A DNA stretch of 64,000 nt, taken from assembly GCA_905178155.1 (NCBI GenBank), contig CAJINV010000024.1, positions 181,964 to 245,963 on the forward strand, in the 5' to 3' direction. The DNA comes from Amoebophrya sp. A120. Its lineage: Eukaryota > Protista > Dinoflagellata. The notes under the pieces are model-generated. The model had not been told where the DNA came from. It worked only from the letters and a program-made list of their open reading frames with translations, and made no database searches. Positions 48,686 to 61,215 of this stretch are shown here, piece by piece. Every line of letters begins with the position of its first letter. The first letter of the stretch is position 1. The position numbers were made by a program, and so were the translations under genes.

Positions 48686-51132
48686 CTAATGGGACCCCTC
48701 CCACAACCCCACTCCCTGCAAGGCGAGACGCGTGCGGAAGCCCAAGCGAAAACCGTGCTTCGTAGCCATGACCGCTCGCACAGTTTTCTCGAGGGTACTC
48801 TGGTCCGCCCGGGCTACATCGCCCTCGTCGGCGATCACCGAGCCGATTTCGATATGCATTGCAAAAGTATCCCAATATCAGTACTGTACTTATGAGTACT
48901 GCATCTCGACGAGTTTGATGTCATGCTGGTCCAAGTAGAAGTGCTTGCCTGCTTGGAAGCCACGAGATTTATTTGTTCATCTCTGCATGGTGGTTGCACA
49001 AATTTGTAAAACTTTTGCGATCCTTTTGCACAAGATACTCCAGCATCTTGTTTCGCGTGGTCTTGTCTGCTATCAAATGTAAAAATGTCTGGGTCTGGAA
49101 GATTGGAACTTGAGATGCTAGCTTTGAACTCTAGAAAAATCTGTATTGCATGACCAGCAAGCAGAGTCTAGTTCGTGCTACGCGGGAAGGGCGTTTGTCA
49201 TGCGGAGTAGGCATCAGGAAGCCAGCGCAAAATCTGTGATGCGCGGTCGTGCATTACAGAAATCCTGGGTGATGCAAAACATGCATGACAAGTCTCAGAA
49301 TCTTCCAGACCCAGACATTTTTACATTTGATATCTGCGACCATCGCCGCGATGGAACCCACGAGATCTCCGACCTCGCCCCGTTGCTGGCGACTCGACAG
49401 AAAGGCCAACTGGATTTGATTTTTTTTTTTGCCTACCACAGCATACTTAGCAAGATCGATGATTCAAATTGCATTTCATGCGCCCTCCAACCTCATCTTC
49501 AACCAACAAATAGTACTTTCTTTTCCTGCTGCAGCAGCTCGTACTGGAAGGCCGACCGGTCGCTGGCCTGCATCAGCTTGATCTCCTCGATTTTATCAGT
49601 GAAGCCCCGCCATCCTGAGTAAAAACGTCCCCACCCCAGAGTTGTCATGCAAATGCATTTTGTCGTCGTGTTTCGAAATTTGTCATGCTCCAATCGGCAT
49701 GCTGCGCTGGATCTGTGATGCTGCTCAACTAGCTAAACAGGATCACACTATGAGGCCAAATTTGTCATGCAGAACTCCCAAAACTTGGAGATTTGTGTTG
49801 CAGACTTCCCATCTTGACTATGGTGTGGGGATGCTTTTACATATGATACCCGCACGATGGCGCTCATCCGCTTCTCCAGGTCCTTGTGCAGAGCCGCGAT
49901 CTGCCGCTCCACCGCCATCTTCGCATTCTGGGACTTCGTAGCTGATTCCGCCCTCAGCGCCATCGTATGGATTGCAAGAATGTCTTGGTCTGGAAGATTG
50001 TAATGCTGTCTCTGGATTCTAAAAAAAGGTGTATTGCATGACCAGCAAGAGCTCTCCAGTTTGTGCTATGCAGAGAGGGCATTCCTCATGTGCTGGTAGA
50101 GGCATCGCAAAGTCCTCTAAAAATATGCAACGCTAGGGCATGCATCACAGACATCATTTCATAGGTCATGCAAAATATGCATGACAAACCTGGCAATCTT
50201 GCAGCCCCAGACATTTTTGCAGTTGATACATCGCCTTCGCCCCCAACTCCTTCTCGAACGCGCACGAAAGCTCTTCCTTCAAAGCGGCCTATCATATGTA
50301 AAAACGCCCCCACCCCATAGTCAAGTTGGGAACTTAGCAACACAAATCCAGAACTTTTGGGAGCCACGCATGACAAGTGGCAGTCCGTAGTGTGGTGCAT
50401 GTTAGTAAGGACAACGGCATCACAAATCCATCTGCTTATCCTGTTTGCAGCATTACAAATTCCAAAGCACGACTGGCAATGCCTCTCATGGAGATGCGCA
50501 TTACAAATCTTCCTGTAGTCGCAATTCTGCATCACAACTCTGGGGTGGGGACGTTTTTACACAGGATACGGCCACCGCCGTCGTCACCTCTTTCTTCACC
50601 TCCTCCTGGGTGAAGATCTTCAGTTTGCCTTCCAGCTCCTCTGCGATCTCCTTCTTCAGGGATTCCCGGAGAGCCGGGACCTCGTCTCGACCGAGGTACA
50701 GTTCGGGCTTGGACCGCAGATACTCCGGTGCCGCGGCCTATCAAATGTAAAAATGTCTGGGTCTGGAAGAATCCAACTTGTCATGCAAATTTTGGATTCT
50801 AAAAAAATCTGTATTGCATGAGCAGCAAAGAGAGCCAAGTTTTCCTACACAGAAAGAGCATTTGTCATGCGGTATAGGCATCAGGAAGCCCTCACAAAAT
50901 CTGTGATGCTAGGGCATGCATCACAGACATCAGGAGTCATGCAAAATGTGCATGACAAGCCTGGCAATCTTCCAGACCCAGACACTTTTACATTTGATAC
51001 GGCCGCAGCCTTGGCCGGCGCGCGCGTCTCTCCTTGCGTCGAAGCCGGCTGAAACGCGGGAGCGAAGGTTTTTTTCACTCCCCCACGCAACAGCGGCGTC
51101 AGGTTCAGGTCACGAGACGGCGAGTCCGGCAT
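48686..51132 (-). CDS. hypothetical coiled-coil protein; 6 introners and GT-AG intron 49410-49516
   Basis: MPDSPSRDLNL...AAPEYLRSKPEL...LRESLKKEIAEELEGK...ML|EIGSVIAD...WEGSH*; the start may lie further upstream. Confidence 0.75.
48853..49037. mobile_element. introner, family C (diverged)
   Basis: tatgcattgcaaaag / cttttgcacaagata; DR ttcga/ctcca. Confidence 0.8.
49071..49332. mobile_element. introner, family A
   Basis: Long near-perfect TIR; DR tctgc/tctgc; inverted copy of 44115-44376. Confidence 0.9.
49611..49848. mobile_element. introner, family B
   Basis: TIRs; DR cccgc/cccgc. Confidence 0.9.
49966..50228. mobile_element. introner, family A
   Basis: TIRs; DR catcg/catcg. Confidence 0.9.
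50290..50568. mobile_element. introner, family B
   Basis: TIRs; DR cggcc/cggcc. Confidence 0.9.
50739..50999. mobile_element. introner, family A
   Basis: TIRs; DR cggcc/cggcc. Confidence 0.9.
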
Positions 51133-53007
51133 TTCGTGGTCAGTGGTTTTAAATTTCTCTACGGGTCTGCGGTCAAAGACGTGGCTTCCGGTTGCAGGAT
51201 CCAAAAGGCGTGGAGGAAGACTTAATCTTGAGGTTTCTGAAAGTCGGAGTTTTCCTATTTGCGCAAAATTGTTTTTTTTCGGACAACTACTACGACTGAT
51301 GTCCCGAAAAAACAATCCACCTACTCGGAAGACTTGGTGATGCTGTGCGCAGAAGGTGCCTTTGGCAGTAGATGATTCACTGCGACCTTTAGTAGTTCTA
51401 CACACATTTGAAAATAATGGGAGTCCACTTTGCTGCGTTTTTGGTCGATGAAAACCGAGGACGTAACCGTTTTACGATGTCGACTTTGCGATTTGTGTCA
51501 GGGCCTTTAGTACAAAACCCCTTTTGCTTTGAGTGGTGTGATATCATCTAGTACAGCTGCCAGCTTGTAGTTGAACTTGAACGCGCAGCACGGAGCCAGC
51601 TCTACTAAATATTTTCTGTTCATCTTCCTGATGCGATATTGTGACTACTGACCCAACGTTGACTGGTTGCACCACGGTTCCCGCACTTCAGACTGGTACT
51701 ACGACCCACCGATACTTGTAGTCCTGCTGCCAAACTACACAAAGCACCAGGCGATCCCAGTTTGACGAAGTCGATATTGTGTTTTTTTCAGAACAATACA
51801 ACTGACGCTGATCTTCCCGACCCCCATCGCGCAGCACCGTCTTCTCTTTTCACGTGCAGGAACAACTAACGAGGAATGCAACCGAGGCTGGTGCTTCTTG
51901 TTGTTCACAGATTATATTACGCCACGTGGCCACGTGGACAGAAACTTGCAGAACCTGCGTAAGATCAGTATTAATTTGCAGCCCTACTTGACAGAAGAAA
52001 AGTAAGACGATTTAAATGTAAATACACATTGTCAGCAGCAGCAGCAGCACTAGCACTGTGCGAGTGTGATAGCGGTTTTGAAGTTTCAGACCACTTGAGC
52101 CTTCACGACCACGCGTGAAAGACTTCCGCTACTACGCGTGACAGACCGACAATTTTTCAGATCCCTTGTTGAGCCGATTGTCAACCTCACATTGATCCGC
52201 GAGAGCAAGCGGAACAAATATGAATTTCCGGACATCAACCTGTTGACATCACGATCTATACAGTGGGTCTGTGACCCCGCGGGACGACAAAAACAAAACT
52301 CGTCGTCCCGTAAGGTGAGGAGATACGAGCACCGATAGGCGAGAATCACGCAACGACTCTGTGTGGGGGAACAAGAATGAAAACCAGTCGAGCCGATACA
52401 GAACTGCGCCGCGGACGGCGGAGGTGCTGCGCAAGAGCGTTTCACTTGTTCCTGCAGATTGTTCTCCACTGTTGTTAAAGTTAATTTTGTACCTGGTACT
52501 AGCTGTGTAGTTGGGCTGGTGCGTTCGTTCTTGTTGAGCTGGTTTCTTTCGTACGGTACACTGCAACTCCAGCCAGCAAGTGATACTGTATCAAACCGAT
52601 CTAGAAATTGTACATTAGAATCGAACTCTGGTCGTGAAATACTGCGTCCTACTAAAACATTTGCGATTTGAAGTTGTGGATCTGGAAATAGATGGTGAAA
52701 AATTTAGAATAATTTATCTAGTTGTAGTTAGGTACATTATAATTCCGAATCATACAAAAATCTCGTTGAAGCGTCAGGCTGATCGCGCCAATGAATAGGT
52801 GTAGACACGTAAAGTAAGCTGTAGGAAAGAATAGGAATGCACTGTACTAAAACTTTATAAAAAACGACGACTTCCACAAATTCTTTTCAAAGCGGGGAAA
52901 TGTGCAGCTGAAACGCCCCTCCCCCGCCAGGTTCAAAATCAAAACATGACAACTCGATCTTTCTAGTAGGCCCGCTCCGAAAAATTGGTTTCGATTTTTT
53001 TTGAAAA

Positions 53008-54050
53008 TCAGTTGCCAGGACCGGAACCAACTTGCGACGGTCTGACCATCTTCTGCAGGTACCGCGGCATATCAACTGCAAAGATGTCTGGGTCAAGCAA
53101 GAAGATCATGTTGTTTTTGCATGACACTGGAGGGCTGGCGTGAAAGCCCTAGCGTCGCAAGTCTCGAGAAGATTCTGCAATGCCTAATTCGCATGACAAA
53201 TCCGCTATTTAGTTAGTCACAGAAATATATGACTTTTGCTGCTTATGCATGAGACATTTGTGTGTGTTGTGAGGTGCTCACGACAAGGAAGTGCACTTCT
53301 TTCCAGACCCAGACATATTTGCAAGGCATAAGGAAAAAAGCATGACAAAGACGTAGTTTTGAACAACCTGGTGGGAGGGGAGTCCTTTCCAATCGCATAT
53401 CTAGCAGGCTTATGCATTGCTAACACCATCTGGGTCTGGCAATTTGAAACTGCGATCTTGTTACATCTGTGTGAAATCTGTATTGCGTGACCACCAAAAG
53501 TCGCAGCTTCTTTTGTCATACAGAAACGCAGTTTTTCATGCGGATGACAACGGGTTCTGCAAGCTTGTCGCGCTCGGCTGCATGCCTCGGAAGCGTTTTC
53601 ATTATCCACAGTTCAACATCACAAATCTCCAAACCCAGACATATTTGCATCGGATAAGGCTGGGCCTGTATGTACTCCACCACGGGCTTCGTTCTGTTAT
53701 CCAAGGAAAGAGCATTTGGTCCCGTAACAATCAAGCTGCTTCCCCGTATCCAGCGGAAATATGCCTGTGTCTCGAAAGCGATGTTATGCTGGTGTTTGAA
53801 TGACAAAGTTACTGCGGTATCCGGCCGAACACGACAAAATTTGCAGTGGTTCTATTTATCATAGTGCGCATGAAAAATCTATTTATTCTTGTCTGACCGC
53901 CACAGAGGAACGCCACTAATGCGCAACATGCATGACAGAGTTGAGATGCATCGAAGTTCAGTTCGCGATTCGCGCTATTTTCCAGAGGACCCAGGCATGT
54001 TTGCATTTGATAACCCGTCCCGAACTACCATGCTCCGTCCACCACCAATT
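53008..54050 (-). CDS. possible small gene or gene fragment interrupted by 3 introners
   Basis: One frame stays open after removal (..GSSLIVTGP..QAQP|ARYAIG..CFFP|RYLQKMV..GN*), but no clear start. Confidence 0.3.
53070..53330. mobile_element. introner, family A
   Basis: tatcaactgcaaagatgtctgggtc / gacccagacatatttgcaaggcata; DR decayed. Confidence 0.8.
53411..53656. mobile_element. introner, family A
   Basis: TIRs; DR aggct/aggct. Confidence 0.9.
53747..54012. mobile_element. introner, family A-like
   Basis: TAT/ATA ends; DR ccccg/acccg. Confidence 0.85.
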
Positions 54051-57000
54051 TCAACTTGTTTTCGCGCTCATGTGACGAGATCATCCATGTGGTCTGCAAA
54101 CTGTACTTTGCGCCTGTCAGTCTAGAAACGCTGAAAAATTATCTTCATGCTGTTTTGTACTATTCGCATGCACACTAGGTGGTGGACGATTTCGCTGTGA
54201 TTGATGTGACCAAATTTTTCGTAGAGGTGGACGTGTATCCTGTGGAAAGATCCTCCCTGCATCTATCGAAAGCTAATTTTGGTGCAGAAGCCCCTGTCTG
54301 CTGCGCTTTAGCAAGCATCGCTGACTTCACGTATTCGTATTCGTCGAGATCATGGGTATAATTATAGTATGCTATTGCCTATCTTCTTCTTCACATTACA
54401 TACAAAGCATTACACGGCGACACCCCTTTGCACGCGCTCGGGCACTTAAATAACAACGCGGCGAATCATAGTACGCAGGTGTGATTAATCTCATCTGAGC
54501 GAGTTGCTCTCTCGTCGCTTGGGTGGATAGTTAGATGGGGCGGGAAGTGATGTTTCCACAAGATAATAGTTGGCAGCCCCAGCATCGCCCTTCTTCGCCT
54601 TATCGATTTTTTTTTTTTGATTAAAATCGTACGAGTTTGGTCCTCACACACATGCTCCTGCTGGCTCCCATTGTCTTTGCATGGCAAAAACTAAAATCCA
54701 AATAACGATCTTCGTCCTCTTCTGGTTTTTCATTTTTATGCTCGAAGTGCACACACTACGGGTGACAAGAGAGGTGGTAATGTGGAGAGTAAGAAACTGA
54801 GAAGTTGGGAATAGTGTAGAAATATGAATATCTTCGTTCGTAAAATATATCGAAGTACCTCACCGAACACCGAATATGAAAGGAAAATTTTATCAGCCAG
54901 TGCGCCGCCACACTCTTTCGTTGCAATTCCACACCGTAATGCACCAAAAGCTTCTGATAACAAAGCCGAGAAAGCGATTAGACAACGTTACTCCCCTCAT
55001 TCAAAGTACCCATACATGCGCAGTGCAGCTGCAGTCATGCATAGTAATTGAAAAAGACTCAAGGCTAGCGCACGTGCTGCCCATGTGTCATTCGGATAAT
55101 GCGGATTTCAGCTTGGACCATGGGGTCTCCTTCTGCTCGGTGGACCTGTGTGTTTCATTGGTGGGGTTGAAATCAACATGGTAAATCAAAACTGCTGCCA
55201 TTTGTAATGCCAAACAGCAAAAATATCTACGCACTATCGTTTGTCACGCAAATTTTTTCATCCTGAACCGCAACCGCTGTACTGGCGACACCAAGACGCT
55301 CAGACTCGCGCGTCATAATGAAAAATGCCCCCATCCCTTCGCCCATAGGAAAAGATAACTTTCTTTCGTGATTTTCGATTCTTACAACCACCACACCCAA
55401 GCGCTGACGTTGGGAGGTGGAGGTCGTGAAGTACTTATTAGAGCTCCGAGACGGAATTGCACCAACAACGTTCCCAGAATGACCAGCACAGCCATTCCAC
55501 ACTTTTACAAGATGCCATCTCATCAAACCACGAAGCACCCTCGTTGCCGTGACTCAGGAGAGGATCCTAATTCCTTTCGAATCTTCTGTCGGTATGGAAT
55601 GGAGGCACTTTTGTTCATCATGATAGTCACGCAGTCAGAGCTACAAGAAAAAAGAACGCTTCTAGTACCCGGTCTTCGGCGCCGCTTCTGCTTGTGCCGC
55701 GGGCATCGTTCCTGGTGTGCGATAGTGTGGTGCTGAAGCTGTTCGAGTCTGCGCTCTAGACTATGCTTTATCGCTTCCGCGTATTTATCGCAAAAAAAAA
55801 CGAAAGTACTAGACGTTTCAAAAACGGTGCGTGTCGTGCTGTGCTGGGTAAGCGTTTAAGTACTTCTATCCACTCTCCAAAACGGTAAAGCGAGTGTCCT
55901 CACTACGGGAACATCAAACTGGTAATTATCATGTATACACAAGAACGGCCTTCACCTTCACTCCGATCAGAAAGAGAGCGACCGGATCAAAAGCGAAGCA
56001 GCATCTGCTCATCTATGAACGCTCACTCCGTACCACGCCTCGCTCTCGTCTCAAGTTCCCTCGGAAATCTCCTACAAAGCCTGTCGCGCAAGAACCGCCG
56101 GCAATGGCTTGCAACACGAGCACGTGTTCGACGCTTCAATAATACCTGGCGCGACAAACATCAATCGATAACGAAGCGAAAGCAGCGACATAAGTACTGT
56201 GCAGGCAGCCCAATACAAGCGCCGCGGCCGCGCCCGGACCGGTGTCCGCGCATTTGGGTGGAGAGGCCGGCGCGCCGACAGGCAGGCCAGCCAGCAGCAA
56301 AACGCCCCAGGCCTGCCGCCGCCGCTCGGCTACGGTGCGCCGATTGCAAACGCCCCCGGCGGGGGGCCAGTGTCTTTGCCGCCGCAAACGGCGCCGGGCG
56401 CGGGCGCTGAACGACGGGCGCGCAGAGAATGAAGCCCGCGGCGCAACCGAGCCAGGCCGCGGGGCTGCCGCGCATACGCGAAAGGGGGAGAGCGTCCAAG
56501 CCGCCGGGCTTCTTCCGTTCGATTTCTTTGTCCTGCGAAATTCGTTTCTGCTGCGCCGCCGAGTCCTCCTCCATCTTGGATAACAGCGCTAGCGGGGTCG
56601 CCTGCGCCTGCTCCCAAAAGTGGCAGTCCTAGAGGCAGTTCCAGCCCGCGGCCGCAAGTGGTGGAGCCTCTCCCACCGCCGCAACAACTACGGCGCGCTG
56701 CGATCTTCGAGAGAGCCCTCGGCGCGACGAGGATCCGGACCGGTACCCTGCACCATGGTAGAGTAACGCTGCTCGATCAGTAGAACAGCTACCAGACAAA
56801 AGCTAGTTTTTATAGACTTGATTCTTACGCGTTGTGTATCTTCGTCGATAACGAATGATACGTGTGTATGACTCCTCGCTCACAACTCCGAACGCTTCGC
56901 TCGCGCTGTTGGTATGGTGCAAAAATGTCAAAACAGCCCTCCATTACTCACTCTCACGCTCACGGCCATACGTGGCATTAGTTTCCGCTCTAGGTGAAGC

Positions 57001-58119
57001 ACATTCAAAACGCTCGCTTCTACACTCTACGCAAACGCATCTTTGTTCAGCATGGGAAACACGTATCAACTATGGCTGCCAGACCACATCTCTGAAACAA
57101 CGCAGCAAGGCGCATGTGTCAGGCTAGCAGCCCCCGAGCAACCAGGTACAAACGAACTGGACAAGGGAACCGAATCCTGCTGCAATTGTGCGGAAATTTT
57201 CTAGATCGACCTGCGGTCGCGGGGGTGCTAGCTACACAGAAAAGAGTTAGTCAGAGTCTCTTAACCCGTGGGCACCGAAGGCGTTCTGGCATCTGTTTGC
57301 ACCAACTGATGCGTGATCAGAATCAGAAAATTATCAGTTTTTATTCTACAGCTTTATGAGACCGATCGTAGCTGCAATATGAGCAGGCCTGTCGCGCAAC
57401 TGCTCTTTGATAATATTCTACGACGACCGACCCTGTGCCAGACGACAACTGCATGTATCCTGCATCCAAGCACGCGTTGAGACGCGAATCAGCCATTGAT
57501 TCGTTTCTCTTCTGCTCATCAAAGACTCTCGCACACAGCAAAATCAAGTAGCTTCAACACATGAGCGGTAAAAAGCGCAGCCTTTTACAGGTCTCCGCCG
57601 CCTTCCCCGTTGTGAAGAATTCTGGCTGTTGTATCTTCTTTGTTAGTGACATCAAGTGGTAAGTGGTGCTGTAGTAGCTACTGGTTTTTTTCCTTTTCGG
57701 TCAAGTTCAAGTAAGGCTGTACATGATAGAATCGCTCCACCAGAGTTTCTTTTTCCGTCACACCATACAATGCGACGCGTTTTTTCTTTTTAGATTTCCG
57801 AATTGTCAACGGGCAAACTGAAGACCAAGAAAGTAAAGGACACTTTGCTGCTATTTCGGGTAGAATCTCAAGACCAAGCCAAGAGTCACCAGTGCTGTTA
57901 TTTTTTCAACGAAACTCACTACCTTCACGCAAAAGTTGCTTAGTGTATTTCACATGACTAGCCAAAGTAGACAGCAACCACTCACAACATGCGGCTGAAG
58001 GGCGGCACCACCTGCACGAAATATGGAAGCACGAAAACGCACCTTGTTGACTCCAGTGTATACTGCCGTGTGGAGGTGGTACTAACAACATGACACTCGT
58101 CCTACAGGTACTACAGAGG

Positions 58120-58548
58120 TCAGCGACGCATATATAATGTTGTCACCGACAGTTTCTTTTCTTTTGGCTGTTCTTCATGGATCTTGATGCACAGGAACGG
58201 CTCATCAACAAGGCGAAGCAACTTGTTGCTTTTCCGTAAAAAGCTCCCGCAACGATCCCCGATTCTCACCCCCGCCTTGCGGCACAGTGCTTCGGCGGAC
58301 AGGTGATCCCGTTTGAGCGCCGCTTGCAGTTCACACATCTCCGCCCGAATTTTCGCGACCTGGGAGGAAGTGTGATTCGCGTCTCGACCTGGGACGGACG
58401 CAGGGAGTTCGAACCGCACGACCTCCGGGATTTCGTATTTCGGTGTCCTTCCCAGGATCGCCATGGTTTCGCAATACTCCCGAAATCCGGCTGGGATATC
58501 CGGCTCGGGCGACGAGTCCACCGCCGTGGTGCTCTTGCTGCTGGGCAT
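58120..58548 (-). CDS. hypothetical protein
   Basis: Uninterrupted ORF from MPSSKSTT with protein-like composition, on the same strand as the other genes; no motif recognised. Confidence 0.4.
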   Translation of the reverse strand: MPSSKSTTAVDSSPEPDIPAGFREYCETMAILGRTPKYEIPEVVRFELPASVPGRDANHTSSQVAKIRAEMCELQAALKRDHLSAEALCRKAGVRIGDRCGSFLRKSNKLLRLVDEPFLCIKIHEEQPKEKKLSVTTLYMRR

Positions 58549-60510
58549 CAGCGGTTCCTTCTTCACTCTATCAGCTGCGGCGCACCAGCGATCATTCGGC
58601 CGCCGACGGGGGAAAATGCAGCATCTCATTGTGTATATTCAAAAGTGTATGTGGTGAAAATGGTGTTACCCAGTGAAAATGATGACGAAAGTTAAAATCA
58701 AAGTCAAAAAACAAAAAGCCCACGACCCTGGTGGCAGGAATGTGGTCTGTGTTTCTCCCCGATGAACGCGTTCCGAGTGGGAATCGCAGCGGCTAGAAGT
58801 AGCAAGGAAAAATTGCATGTAGGACACAGCGAACAATATTCTGCCGCACACGCGGTTGCGAAAACGACGACGGCGACCAGAGCGATAACCGCAACAAGCA
58901 AACTCTCTGTAGAAACACGATTCTAGCAGTTGTAGTCCTGGCAGTACTACTTTACAACAACGGTTTCACTTTATCCCAACTACGAATATCCCACTTTATT
59001 GCTGACGTGATATAGTGTTGGTCCACGGATTGATAATAGGGACAAGAAGCCACACGTAGTGGTCGAAAACACGGTGACCATATACCACGAGCACGATGAC
59101 GGAAGGCACGGCTGACCGAATATAATTCCTTACACGACGGACAAAGGGGGAAGACACTACTTATATCTTTACTTGCGTGACCGTACTGCCTCCGTTTCGA
59201 CTATTTCGCGTTCACTGATTATTTTCGAAGTGATCTCCAATTAGATCTTTCATTTGGGCGCCACTTTTATGGTGATGATAAATTATATGATCTGCTGCAG
59301 CGCCACATTCTTTACAGGCCCGGGCTCCGGGCAGCCACCAGAAGCAGCTAGTATGAACTTTTTGCGGTCTGCTTGATCATTGCCACTACATTGCTATCAC
59401 ATCCACAACCGTTGGGAACAAGCCGTCTACTGTGTTCTTGCAGCGCGAAACCCGCGACAACCAAGCAAACTGGGAAGCGAGTATCGATGGAGCATCGTCA
59501 TCATCATTCGCTACGCTGCAGAGGCCGCGGCGCATGCCACAGAAAGCGCCCCTCCTATGGGAAGCGAGGTTTGGCGCAGCTGCGGCCGACGTGGCGAAGC
59601 GCGGCGGTTGCTTTTAGCCCGTCAGCACAAGGCTGTGCTGGGAGTTGGCACTCCGGTAGCGCTCACAGAGGCGCTGCAGCTTGCGCCGGGTAAGTGCTTT
59701 GCGGTGCCACCCGGCCGGGGCCACTTCTGTCCGCCGGCCTGGGCGGCGGTAGGTTTCCTGCACAGTGGCAGCACCTCCCAGGCGGCACGCACACAGGCGC
59801 CGCCGCCCGGCAGGACTTCGCCGCCCGCGCGCGCGGGCCGGGCCACCGGCCGGCGCCTCTCCGCCGCGGCGTGCTCCGCTCGCGGCGTCCTTCCGCCGCG
59901 GCGTCGCGAGGGCGCCGCGGCCATCTTTACCATGGGCGCGCAGGCGTGCCGGTCCCTGCCGGGATTATATCCCGCCCCCGGTCAGATAGATGCCCCGAAA
60001 CTCCGCCCGAAGCAACATTCTCTTTCCTGCATCCGAGCTCTTCGCCGTCGCCGTTTTGACCGCGTGCATTTCCGCCTGCGGCTCATCCGATTAAAAGCAG
60101 TTCCCAGGCCGCAATCAAACCCTGACAAAACGACTTAGGAAAAAAAAACTTAAGCAAAACCCCAGTGGGTCCGTCTTGGTTGCCTATGAGAATACCTGAT
60201 GCATGCGAGGAGATATTGTAGAAAACGTTGTTGCGTCAACGACTGACAACGGGTGTTGAAATGAAACTACTCCACGAATCCACAAGTCTTCGTTCAAGAC
60301 TCATCTTGTCATTGTCCTAGGATGATCAAACTGCATGACAAAGTTGAGAGTCCGTGTTTGATTGCGGAGGGAACTACCTTCAGTGACGTAAATTTCCTGG
60401 ATTTGCGTGCCGCCCTTATGCGAAGAAAACTCCCTGGTTGGATCGTACTATTTGTGGGATGATGAAGCCACCTTGATTACAACTGTTTCTTGCAGGAGCA
60501 TTATGCAAAC

Positions 60511-61215
60511 TCAAACTCGTCCGATGATTCCGCGATTGTGCATGACACTAAAAGCAAAGTCGCGCATGAAGAGTGCGCGCTCTCCTGCTTCTTTTGCTTC
60601 GCAGATCTCTTTTGTATACCTGTTGCTGAAGCTTTCAAATTCGTGGCGATCGCCAGAAGTTTTTCTGGTCAGATAGATCCCCTGAAACTCCGCCTTAATC
60701 TCCTCAAAGGCTTCGACAAGTATCATGCGGAAAATAACTGCCACCTTCACATTTGTTAATCTCAACAAATTCCAAAAACATCACAAACACACGCAGGACG
60801 ACGTTGAAGGGCGCTGGTGCCGGCGCTAACTTCAATCTAAACTAACTGCGAATCATGACAAATCCTTTGCATAGCCTAAGATAGGTGCTGAGGTGGCAAC
60901 ATTTTCTTGCGTGATAGCCAGCAGCGCGTTGTACTCATCCAGCAGCTGCTTCTGTCCTCAGGAAAAGCATCGCGCCCGTAGTCATCGCAGAGCATCAGGA
61001 TAGTGCTGCATCTAGTACTGTTGAGTCAGCATTACAAAGCGCATCTTCACTTTTACAATTTAAAAGGCAATCTGTGTTATTTCTAACTGGTGCGATAGTT
61101 TACTAGGCATAGCTTCTTAGAGACCGCTGGCCAGATGGATGCCCTCGAACTCCTCCTGGACCTCTTCGAACACCTCCACGAGCATCATGGGGCGAAGCGC
61201 CATCTTCGCATCGGC
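60511..61215 (-). CDS. hypothetical gene fragments
   Basis: Exon-like stretches QKQLLDEYNALLAITQE, VIFRMILVEAFEEIKAEFQGIYLT and MALRPMMLVEVFEEVQEEFEGIHL; structure unresolved. Confidence 0.3.

Noticed and set aside
60185-60545. Possible further introner (tatgag start, gcatgaca motifs)
   Set aside because: No matching right TIR or DR could be identified.
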